Origin: Magallana gigas
Taxonomy: Eukaryota
Direction: 5' to 3'
DNA length: 64,000 bases
NCBI RefSeq assembly: GCF_963853765.1
Contig: NC_088858.1
Span: 2,170,001-2,234,000, forward strand
The first letter of the stretch is position 1. Every line of letters begins with the position of its first letter. The translations under genes and the position numbers were made by a program. Of this stretch, positions 1-12,600 are shown piece after piece. The notes below the pieces were generated by a model that saw nothing but the letters and a program-made list of their open reading frames with translations, ran no database searches and was not told the DNA's origin.

Positions 1-52
1 TGTACCCCAGAAATCTCAATAAACTTGTTTAATTTCGTTTCGTTTTATTTAG

Positions 53-1431
53 AGGCATTGAACAAATCTTACGAACAGATTTGAGCCAAGAAAATGTTAC
101 GATACAATACAGCTCTGATGTGATCAATACAACAGTGGGTACAAAAGTAGCGCAGGTGCAGTTTTTAGCCTTAACACCTGGTCTTCGACAAATATGCCTG
201 AATGCGACAGATCGGTATTTAAAAATAATTAGTTGAATTTTGATCTACTGTGAGTATTAAGTTTTGTAAGCCGTCTATAGTTTGATTATTCAAGATAATC
301 GAAATGAAAGATTTGTTTATATTTCTAGTTTTGACTGGACAGTAAGATGCCTTTCTGTGACAGTTGAAAAACAAGGTACATTTAATGAAAATGCTCCAAA
401 TTAAAGGTTATGCATTAAAATGAATAAAATTTGATTGAAAAACACAAAGTTAATGTTCATCAATCAACAATATTATGCATATTTGCATAATTAACAAGCA
501 AGTGTTTTATTCATATATGCATGATTCTCTCAGTATGTATGTTTTAGCAGGATGTTGGTAGAATAGCATAACTGCGGGTTGGGTTATTGTTATTGAAATA
601 CCTTTACAACTTTGATAAAAAGTTTTGTTATGGTTAGTATTTTCTTACTCGAAAAACAGTAATAATATAAAGTTCTTACAACTCATATGGTGATCGTACT
701 GTAAATCTCAATCAATAACACTCTTATAGGCAAACTGAATAAAAAATCTTATGATAAAACGTATATTTATTGTTTTTTGAGACGAGAACTAAGTAACGTG
801 TAGAAATTCAAACACCGACACAAAAAGTCAACAATGAGGTGGATAGTTTGTTCAACCTTTTCCTTTCACTACTTCCTCTACCTTATTATGTTTGATGCGC
901 TGAATTTCGAAAATATCATACTAGAAAGTTCATTGAATGAAGGGAAAAACCAATCAAATATATTCAATGTATCTGTTAACTAATTCTTCTTTCTTTCTCG
1001 AATAATTATTTATGGTTAAGGTTATATATAGAATCAAATATAAAAGGGATTAACATTTATTTACGTAAAAGTAACTTGATTTTATACAAACAATGTATTT
1101 TTGATACGGGATATTCGAAATAATTCATTGATATTTCAAATTTACAATCTTGATTTATACTGACATTTGGAAATCTATGATATTACACTTTGAATGTACA
1201 ATGAAGCGCATTGAAGTGGTAAAAATGTTCGTTTGAATGGAATATTCTAAACTGTGTATCGAACGTCAATTGTTACATAAGACACACCCATCTCTTTTGA
1301 AACGAGGAAAACAGTATTCGTAACAATGCTTTCGGAACCGCCCCTCTTCTAAACAACACAAGCAGGAATTTCACACACGGACATTATACACAAAAACAAA
1401 AACACAAACTTTCTTTCATTCTTTCTTTCAT

Positions 1432-1475
<44 letters not shown>

Positions 1476-3536
1476 TCCAACTATGTTCAGAAACAGTGAT
1501 ATTGTTCAAAGTAAGAATATTTTTAGTAACAAATTTGTGTTCTGAACTTCCTGTTACATGTACTGTATTGCAAATAAAGAAAAGGTTTTTTTACAGCATA
1601 TATACACGTTTCAGTTTTTTCGTTTTAGAGCGGTAAGCTACGTTCTTCGATCTTCTGCATTTGTTGCTATGTTCGCAGCTTGTTGAGGGGTCTGGGATAT
1701 GCGCGGGGCATGGAAAACATATACGGAGAAAATATTGGGATTCAGTTTGTGTCCACATTTCGGTCCGCAGCCCTGCTAGTGTTGTTTAGAAGATGAGCGG
1801 TTCCGAAAGCATTGTTTCGAATACTGTTTTCATCGTTTTAAAAGAAATGGGCGTGTCTTATGTAACAATTGACGTTCGATACAAAGTTTAGAATATTCCA
1901 TTCAAACGAACATTTTTACCACTTCAATGCGCTTCATTGTATCATTCGTCTGAAATCAGTTTTATATCGTGTATTAGGATTGAAATAGACCATTCTCAAA
2001 AATGGATATCAGGTAATACATTTTACCCCAGTATGCTAATGAATTTATTGTCATAGATCCATGTGAATTCAAACCGTGTCAGAACAATGGTGTATGTACA
2101 TCTTATAAAGATCGATCTGGTTTTACATGCTCTTGCTCTCAAAGACACGAAGGTACATTATGTGAAAAAGGTAGGTTTGAGTCTTTCGTACGAAATCTTT
2201 GCAACCAAAAGTAATGAGGATTTTGGCACGTTTTTTTTATTTTGATCAATCAAAATATTCACATTAACTTAAGTTTTTCCCAATGAAAAGAAATTAATAA
2301 GATCATAATTTTCCTTTTGACCCTCATATATACTTGACAAATTTATTATTTATTTTAATGAATAAGAATAGCTTATATATTTTTATGATAAACATTTATT
2401 AAAGGGTCTAAAGTTACAGAATACGCCTATTTTTAGTTAAATAATTTGCTGTGTATGTTATTAAACTTACGCCAACTCAAGATTTACACCCCTTTACAGT
2501 TATAAAGTTTTGCCATCAAAAGCCTTGTGTTGGTACCAATAACTGCATAGACGTGTCACCGCCACCATATTTCTTTTGCATGCCATGTCCATCAGGAAAG
2601 ACAGGAATAAGATGTGATGTCGGTAAACAAAACTAATTTTCACCTCTGGAACATTTAATCACTTACAATACATTCACCTAGAGAGAAAATGTGTGAAATT
2701 ATGAAATAGAAATTTTATTGATACTTGTTACCCTTTTCTGTACATCTCATAAAACAAAAACAGATACTGATTGTTGTTACTTTTTCTATCTCAGTAGTTG
2801 CTAATCAAACCTGACAATTTCAAACGAAAGATTGTATAGGCTTATTATGTTGACACCTAATTTTGCTGATTCCAGACATTGATCTTTGTAATCCAACCCC
2901 TTGCAATGGGAATGATATATGTCAACAAGAAAACAGTACTTTCCAATGTCAGTCAGGTAATTTTGTTATATAAATACAAAAAGACACTATGTATAATATG
3001 TATGAAAAGTTAACAATTCGTCATTATATGAATTTCAACACATATTATGATGATAATCTTTTCCTTACAGGACACTTTCAGCGTAAGTTTTCCTTTAACT
3101 TATGATTTTACTTTTTAAATTGAAGTAATGTTTGATAATTTTTTTTACCCTTTTTCTTTTTTATCTTTTTGGAGTCTCCTAACGATGAATAATACATATA
3201 CATGTATGCTGAATATTGAAGTATAATCACTAAATATGTTTTTTCCCGCATATCCTATTTATTTACACGGGTTTATTTATGCAGACGTATAAATTAACAG
3301 ATTAAATGGGCATGGTCATATTTTTGATAAAAGTTTATTTTTGTATTTTTATTGTTTACAATGCATTAATATTATATGGATCAACAATAATATGGGGTTC
3401 AGATGTAGAATTAAAAGCAAGATACATTTAATAGATGTGAGTTTCATTTAAAGATACCTAAATTAGCAAATATACAAAATGTGATCCATTTTCGTCATGA
3501 TAACATGAGCAAGTCTACAAACACATACATGGACAT

Positions 3537-3604
<68 letters not shown>

Positions 3605-6600
3605 CCTACACTGTCGCATAAATTTTGTTTAATATACTTTTATCTCTAATTTGAATAGAGCAATGCCCTAACACATGTGTGAATAGCGAAAAAATAGTCT
3701 GTGTGGGAAACCAGTGCATTTGTGCTTTGAAGATGAACAAGAATGAAACATGCATGTCATGTAAGTTTCATAGCTTTTAAATTTCAATTTTCTCAATCTA
3801 TGTTAATCATTTATTGTCTTGCATGTGTCATCGTCGTAATATAAGCTTCTTCTGATGCATCAGGACTTATTATTTCAAACTTGACTCACAGCATTATCGG
3901 AACTTACGTGTTACTAATAGAAAGCCTGTAGATTCCGAGAGTAGAAACAAGTCATTCTTATGCAAAAACTAAAGAGCTAAAGGGGTCGTTTTAAAGAATT
4001 CATCCTTTTAAAAATAAAAATATATTTCTTAAATTATAATCAAAAATAGGATTAAAAAACTCTTTGGAACCATTGTACCAGATATACGAGCATCAAGAAA
4101 GGTGTTGTTTAGACAGTGAAAAGGGCATCAGGAAGTTAAACGTGGCAATATGTAGGGACTATTTCAAAATATCTTTTAGGATTGATTTAGCTACACGGTG
4201 AAATTCAATTTGGAGTTTGACATTTGAAGCACCCTGTCGTAGGGAAAATACACAAATCAGTCCAATTATAAAACTACAGGATCATAATGATACATGGCAG
4301 TCGAAAAGATATATAAATTAAAATTAAAAAAAAAATTTACTTGCGAGCATTATGACTGCTTGACGTATTTTTGTTTACATTTTCGTTTGGTTTTATTAAA
4401 TTATACATAATTTTTTAATTGAGTGTTTTATATTTTTAAAAGATCAAACAAACAGGTTGAATACTAGTAGCAGTAACGTAAGTATAATTTGTTTTTTTTT
4501 TATTACTCGGTATTTTTGAATGGTGTTGGAACTAATCAAATAATTATTGAAAGTTATGAATTATGAGCAATTTATTTCAACAAATAGGGAAACATGCAGA
4601 TTTTTTTTTGCGAATGATATATAAGAGGGTAGCCAAAATATAATTTAATTATAACTGAACGCACAATTTGTTAAGAAAAATATTGAATTTAAACAAAGAT
4701 ATGTAAAGCAAGAGATTTAGTAAGCTACGCTACATATACTAGCGTTCTTCTCGTTTACATGGATAAATGAAATATAATCTCAAAATGCCTTTATACTAAA
4801 ATGAATTTGAAATGATAAATGCAATAAATGTACTAGAAATGAGGTACATGTACACTTTATGAAAGTGTAATAAAACAGAAATATTCGCAACGACAAGGCT
4901 CTATTGAAATTTGCGAATATTTCGCGCACGCAAATAAAAGTTGAAATACTAATAAGGTTCTGGAAACTGTTTTTTTTAAGGTAAAAAACCCCTTACAAAT
5001 GTACTCAAGAGGATAAGCTTGTTATATTATGATAAAAGATAAAATACTTTTAAAGTCTAATCAATAAATGAACTTAAATTAAAAAATATGATTTCTTAAT
5101 TATTACTAGTAGTTTAAGAAAGCTTAAAATATTCCTTTTCGTATTTTATATTTCAGAATCAGTAATATTTTTTTTAATTTTTATCAATAGAATCCGCAAT
5201 TTGTTTCACCATCTTTTGGGTCAGTTATAACGTGCGATACGTACGAGAGTAAATGTCTGTTTCCAGTCTATATATACTCAGAGTAAGTTATTAAATTATT
5301 GGAGTACTTTTGTCTAATTAAATCTCTTAGTAAAATACATTTTGGAAGATTCAATTTAATGGTTTTAAAGATATAAATAATTATGGTATTGTGTTGGATA
5401 AATCCACTGTGGTATTTACCTGGTTTTAATATTTGGTAGACTTATTATACTTTTTTCATCTACAGATCTACCCCAAAATTGTCTCTTTTCAAAGAAACGA
5501 ATAATTCTATCTTATCTGGTGGAAAAATCAGTATTTTGCCTCCAGAAAACAGCATGGATGGTTTTTATAGAACGACAACTTTGCTTACCAAATATATGCC
5601 CGTTGATTCAACGTATCATGAATTTGATATTTGTCTTAACGTTGCAAAAGTCTCATCGTAAGTATTTGTTTTTGCTTTCCAAGGAATGTTTCTGCACTTC
5701 GAGTAATTCATGCAAAGTAATTATCAAACCGTGAATTTATATGATGATCCTTAAGCGGAAAACTTATGGATTACATTTTATCGAGGTGCGATTTGTAAAA
5801 ATAGGAATGTGTTTTTTAAATGCAAGGTGATGATCGAGTGGATATTGTTTCATACACACCAAATTCTAGAATTTTTAAAATGTTTATTTCCTTTCAACAG
5901 CAATACTTATTTACAAATGCCAGACACCCTGGGCATTAAGACAGCTAGCAACATCATATGATTATGCAATAACACAACAAATATATGTGACTACAGATTT
6001 GTCAAAAGTTTTACTGTATCTTTAGGCAGTCGGGTGTTTTTTTTTGTTTTCAAAAAGAAATAACATTCAAGTCCCTATATTACATGTAAGGGTTTTTTTT
6101 AGAAGAATTTTTAAAAATTTGTTCAAATAATGCCACAGACTTTTGACATTATCACTATTTAAATTAGATGTGTTATGTCTTTATTTTTGCAGATGTCACA
6201 ATTGTCACATTTTCAATTTCCCCACATAAAACTTTGTTGTGCAAGTTTTAGCAAAAGCTATATTTACCTTTTTAACGCTGTTTTTTGTGCCATGTTTTAA
6301 CTGATTACCACGGTTATTTTATTATGAATAAAATGAATATTTTCATACGCATATTTATAAACGATTCACATAAGTGTATATCTGCCTGTGACTGCAGGAA
6401 AACTTACCAAGAGAAATATAATGGAGGAAAAGGAATGACAGCAAGTTTGTTTACAAATTATATAATAAAAATATTTCTTCAAAATTTTCGTAAAGAAAGA
6501 ATAAATATTATCAATAAACATATATAGCCTGCAATTTTAATCATAAATGATCAGAGAATTAATACTCAGTACATCTTGTCGGTTTAAATATGGATTTATC

Positions 6601-9600
6601 ATCGTTGATAGTGAAGCCATGAGTGTCCATTAAATGCGCTGTTTGCTCTACATTTCTTTGGCATTCTAATTCTGTTTTGCTTATTAAAAGCGAATCGTCT
6701 ATCTAGGCCACATTAGCATGTCCGTGTTTTCTAAAAGAAGCGAACACGGGTTTTAACAGTTTCGTGAATATTTGTGGAGCTGATGCCAATCCCATGGCCA
6801 AACATGTGTATTGGAGCTACTTGCCTTTCCAATAAAATCTCAAATATTTTCTGTCATCCTGACACACATTGTACGAATAATAAGCGTTGTGGTGAATTCG
6901 GAACTTATGTGTCCGGTTTGGTTTGTTTTTTATTGAGTTCATCCGGTGTTTACATGTGCTCGAGGCACTTTTGCCCAACTCATTTTTGATGTACATTTAC
7001 GCACTACGGAGTAAGTATTTTGTTTAGCATTGTACAAAACATTTAATTACACCCAGATAACCAATTTGCTTTAATGTAATTCTGCTTTCATCCCTTTAGA
7101 TGTCAGTTCATCTTCGCTAGGTTTATCAAAACATGTGTAAGGCATAATGTAAAACATGGAAATTTAGGAACATTGTTAATTACATGCTATTTAGTCACAC
7201 TAGCAGAATGTTACAGTTAATATCCTATATGTTCTTACAGGTTTTAACTGTTATTATCAATCTGAGTTGTGTATAAGCCCTAAACCTTTCCACGATAACA
7301 TTTTCTTTATTTGGCACAGTGTGAAAAATATATTGGACTTGACATGGTACAATTTTCTGTAATTTGTATTTGTACTTTTGCAGTTTTTACCCTCACTGGA
7401 GGAGCAATAAACACTTAACTCAAGTAGAAGTTTTAGTTGTTTAACGGCACAGTAAAAATCCGTAAACCGGTAAGATTGGTCATCAAGATGAGTCTGCGGT
7501 CGGAACCAACCAGGAGAAGCACACGTATGAGGAACCTGACAACACCAGCACAGGAAACTTACGAAGCTCGAGTGGACACCTTTCAAAGAAGGCTAAACAG
7601 TATTAAGAGTGAGTGGAGGGAGTGTTTTGAAGAAATAGAGAGATCAAGCAGGGATATTAAAACTCTGAAATCTATTGACGATCTTCTTGTGAAAGGCTTC
7701 GAAACGTATCAAAAAACATCCAATGCATTTTGTGATTTCTTGAGAACTGTACGCACAGAACAGAGCGCTAATGAACTTGCATCTCATCTCCTAATTAAAG
7801 AGACTTTGTTAGGAAAAATCAACGTAGGAAGAAGCAAAATTGAATATTTGATTTCAGAGGGATCATTCAAATCGCTGACTCAGCGATCACTTTCATCTGG
7901 CTACAGTAAATCTTCAAGCCGATCCATAGGATCTATACTGTTAAGGAAAGAAGCAAAACTAAAAGCCCAGCGCACAATGTTGAAACATTTAGATGAGGAA
8001 CTAGTGCTCGAGGCTCAACTAAAACGTCTGAAGGCCCAGCGAGAAATGAAGATGGTAGAGAGCGAGCTTAGTGTTCTTAAAGAGGACCCACGTTTACAAG
8101 AGCTTGCGCCGAGTCTCTCGAGTGAGTCAAAAACTGAAGAATACTTGAAGCTTCTCCCAAGGTACGAGCAGGATCGCAAGCAGCATGAAAATGCCATAGA
8201 GACATCCCAGTCCAACAGCTTTAGTGATTGGAGACAAAAGGAGGATGCAGTTGTATCAACACCGAAACAGTCTTCCACTTCCCCTCCTATAGCAACTGCT
8301 TATGTCCAAGAAGAGACACCACAATTACACACACTGAGGCCGTTCGACGACACACCTAAGACTCAGCTGAACCCCGAAGTACAACCCTTCACTCCGAGAC
8401 AGACGGAAGTAACTCAGCAGAGTCAGATGATCATGATAGACACATTTACTAAGCATTTAGTAAAAAAGGACATCATCATGTCAAGGCTGTCAAAATTTGA
8501 CGACGATCCGATAATGTACGTCTCATGGAAAAAGGGATTTATTAACATTATGGAAGAACTCGGAGCTTCGGAAACAGAAAGACTAGAATTATTATGTGAA
8601 AAACTCGGACCTGAGTCTTCAAGACAAGCTAGAACTATAAGAGCCTGCAATGCAGACAGTCCAAACATCGCAATTAAGAAAATCTGGGAGGGACTGGAGA
8701 GACGCTTTGGAGCGGCGGAACAGATCGAGAACTACATCCTGAAGAAAAAATTAAAGAATTCCCAGAGATTTCGTCGGATCACTTTCATCTGCTCCACGAC
8801 CTGGCAGACCTAGCATCCGAGATTGCATCATTAAAGGCACAACCTCAGTTTGAAGTCTTATTCAGCTACTTTGACTCAAAGAAAGGTGTTAACGAACTTG
8901 TGCAAAAACTTCCATGGAATCTGAAGGACAAGTGGACTTCAGAAGCAACAAAACAGAAGCAAAGTATGGGAGTGGCATATCCACCCTTTTCAGTCTTCGT
9001 TAAGTTTCTGGAAAACATGGCAGAAATGAAGAATGACCCTGCATTCCAGTATGAGAAGAAAGGGGGCAAGAAACAACAAACTTTTTCGACTCAGCAACCG
9101 AAACAGTTTAGTAGGAATGCAGTGAACAGGACTTTACCATTAACCAGAGTAGCTGCTAGAAAGACCGAGACAATCACAACTTTGGAAGTGACGGACATGT
9201 GTCCACTACACAAGAACAGTTCACATTCCCTTAACGACTGTATGTCCTTCCGCCAAAAGGCAATAGGAGATCGTAAGAAAATGATCCTAACTAATGGAAT
9301 ATGTTTTAAGTGTTGCAGTGGCAAGAAACATAGGGCTAAGAACTGTAAAGCAGATGTGAAATGCAGTGTGTGTCAAACATCGTTACATCCGACGGCTCTT
9401 CATGAAGAACCATCTGAGGCACAAGATTCTGGACGATATGCGGTGAAGAACAGAGAGGGGAACCCTTATGAAGGAGAGAACAGACCCATTGTCTCTTCAG
9501 CCTGTACAAAGGTACATGGAGCAAGTAAATCTTGTGCAAAGATAGTACCTGTTCGAATAAGTATTATTTCCAATCCACGGAAGTCGATGCTGGTTTATGC

Positions 9601-12600
9601 GATTATCGACGACCAGAGCAATCGGTCACTGGCTACCTCATCGATCTTTGACTACTTCCAGGATGATGGCGATGATGTCTCTTACACATTAGTTTCCTGC
9701 TCTGGAACAGTTTCAGCAACTGGAAGATTCGGTACTGGTTACACAGTGGAGTCTGTAGATGGTACATGTCAGTTAGAGTTCCCAGAACTGATAGAGTGTA
9801 ATGACTTACCTAGTAATAGGGAGGAGATCCCTTCACGAGAGGTCGCCTTGCAGTACTCCCATTTGAATTGTATCGCATCTGAAGTTCCCCCGCTTTTTGA
9901 AGCAGCAAATATAGAACTTTTAATAGGGAGAGATCTTATCAGTGCACACATAGTTCACGAGCAGATAGTCGGAGAGAAAGATGAACCCTTCGCACAGAGA
10001 CTTGCTTTAGGATGGGTCATTGTCGGTCAAATTTGTCTTGGTGGAGCCCACCGACCCGAAGTCAGGACCTTCAAAACATTCGCATTGAAGAATGGCAGAC
10101 CCTCAACCTTTGAACCCTGCAACAGTGAGTTGTTGGTCAACGACAACCTGTTCCAGAAGACCGAACATGATGAGAAGATAGGATTCTCGATAGAAGACAG
10201 AATTCCTGAAATTGATGAACACATCATTCGAGAGAGATGACAGTGGCCATTGGGTGGCTCCCCTTCCATTTAAGCAGAACCGACTACGTCTACCAGACAA
10301 CAAGACCCAAGCACTACAGCGTGCAAGAGCATTTGACAAGAACCTCGTCAGAACTCTAGAAAGTACGAGCATGTCAAGGAGTTCATGATAAAATTGTTCA
10401 ATAGAGGACATGCAGAGAAGGCACCTATGCTCGAAGATGGAATAGAGAGATGGTATCTACCAATGTTTGGTGTGTATCACCCTAAAAAACCAGAATCCAT
10501 TAGAGTGGTATTTGACTCATCCGCTCGTTTTGAAGGAGTGTCCTTGAATGGTTCACTGATGAAAGGGCCAGATCTGTCTAACAGCTTGCAAGGAGTACTT
10601 ATGAGATTCCGGTTAGATCAATATGCAGTGATAGCGGAAGTGGAGCAGATGTTCCATAATTTCCGAGTGAGAGAAGACCACCGAGACTACCTTCGTTTTT
10701 TGTGGCATCCTAACCATGACTTAGACGCTCCACTGGAGGAATTTAGGATGACAGTACATGTATTTGGGAACAGCCCTAGTCCTTCAGTTGCTACGTTTGG
10801 ATTGAGACAATCTGTCTCGACTGCAGACCCGGAAGTTCAACATTTCGTATCCCGTAACTTTTATGTTGACGACGGGCTGATGAGCTTCAGTGATATACCT
10901 CAAGCGGTGGACCTTATCAAGCATACACAAGAGGCTCTCTATGAAGGAGGACGCTTACGTCTACACAAAATCGCATCAAACTCTGTCGAAGTTTTGCAAC
11001 ATTTTGAAGCAGAAGATCTCAGCAAAGACCTACATGGGCTTGATATTATGCAAGACAACTTACCAGAGCATAGAAGCCTGGGAATTGCATGGAACATTGA
11101 AGACGACACGTTTATCTTTAGGGTGAGCAAAGACCCCAAGCCCTTCACACGACGAGGTGTCTTATCAGTCATAAACAGTCTCTTTGATCCCATTGGATTT
11201 ACAGCCCCAGTGACAGTGGTAGTACACAAGAGGCTCTCTATGAAGGAGGACGCTTACGTCTACACAAAATCGCATCAAACTCTGTCGAAGTTTTGCAACA
11301 CTTGGAAGCAGAAGATCTCAGCAAAGACCTACATGGGCTTGATATTATGCAAGACAACTTACCAGAGCATAGAAGCCTGGGAATTGCATGGAACATTGAA
11401 GACGACACGTTTATCTTTAGGGTGAGCAAAGATCCCAAGCCCTTCACACGACGAGGTGTCTTATCAGTCATAAACAGTCTCTTTGATCCCATTGGATTTA
11501 CAGCCCCAGTGACAGTGGTAGGGAAGATGCTTTTAAGGGAGGCAATGACCACGAAGTGCGACTGGGACGACATACTCCCGGTCAGTTTTCAGACAGACTG
11601 GGAAAGTTGGGTAGACTCACTTCATGCTCTAGATAGGATTCATATACCCCGCATGTATTGCCCACTTTCTGTAGGAAAGGCGTTACACCTAGAAGTTCAC
11701 ATATTTTCCGATGCATCTAAAGAAGCAGTGGCTGCTGTAGCATACTTGAAAGCTTTCCACCAAAAACACTCCGAGGTAGGATTTCTTCTCGGCAAAGCAA
11801 AGGTTGCCCCTTCGCATGGGCACACCATCCCAAGACTTGAACTATGTGCTTCAGTCTTAGCTGTAGAGATGGCTGAGACTATCCGAGAAGAACTACAAAT
11901 TCCTAAGGACAACTTCACCTTTTACACAGACAGCCAAGTCGTCTTGGGATACATCTCTAACGATGCTAAAAGGTTCCATGTGTATGTGTCTAACAGGGTG
12001 AGCAGAATTCGTTCATTTTGTGAACCAGGACGCTGGAGATACATCATGTCTGAACAGAATCCTGCTGATGTTGCGAGCCGGGGTTGCAGCACACGGGAGT
12101 TGCCTCAAAGCACTTGGCTTTCGGGACCGGATTTCTTGAGGGATGACACGTAACTTGGAGATCAACCTCAAACCTATGACCTTGTTAATCCAGACATGGA
12201 CGAAGAAGTTCGCAAACAGGTGACTTGTAAGAAAACCTTCATTGCATCTCAGGGATCTGAATCGTCACAGCCGGGAAACTTGTCTACATGGTGTGAGCGG
12301 TTTAAGAAATTCTCAACATGGATGAGTTTAGTCCGTGCCATTGTGTGCCTCAAACGATTTGTGGCTAGAACCCGCTGTAAAAAATCAAATCCAGTAGCTC
12401 TGAAAGAAGATGCTGAACGATTTATCATTACACAGGCTCAAAACGACAGATATCCGTCAGAGATTCATGCAATCAAAAGCGGAAAACACCCACCACTTAA
12501 CAGTCACTTAATCTCCCTCAATCCAGTACTAGAAAAAAATGGGATCCTGCGAGTAGGAGGTCGAACTAAACACATGAAGGCTACTCACCTGACCACTCAA

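Noticed and set aside
1978-2012. Possible small exon (IEIDHSQKWIS) before the first EGF exon
   Set aside because: It would leave a 44-nt intron, much shorter than any other here, and exon 329-375 already joins 2057 in phase.
5901-5961. Acceptor at 5900 giving a possible terminal exon SNTYLQMPDTLGIKTASNII*
   Set aside because: It lacks the RC-exon motif expected at this position, and 17863-17921 fits both motif and phase. It cannot be excluded as a minor isoform.
7257-7586. Antisense ORF across the 5' LTR end (and its twin at 14345-14608)
   Set aside because: Chance ORF in LTR sequence; only the first 25 aa of the 14345 ORF are real (DIRS RT).
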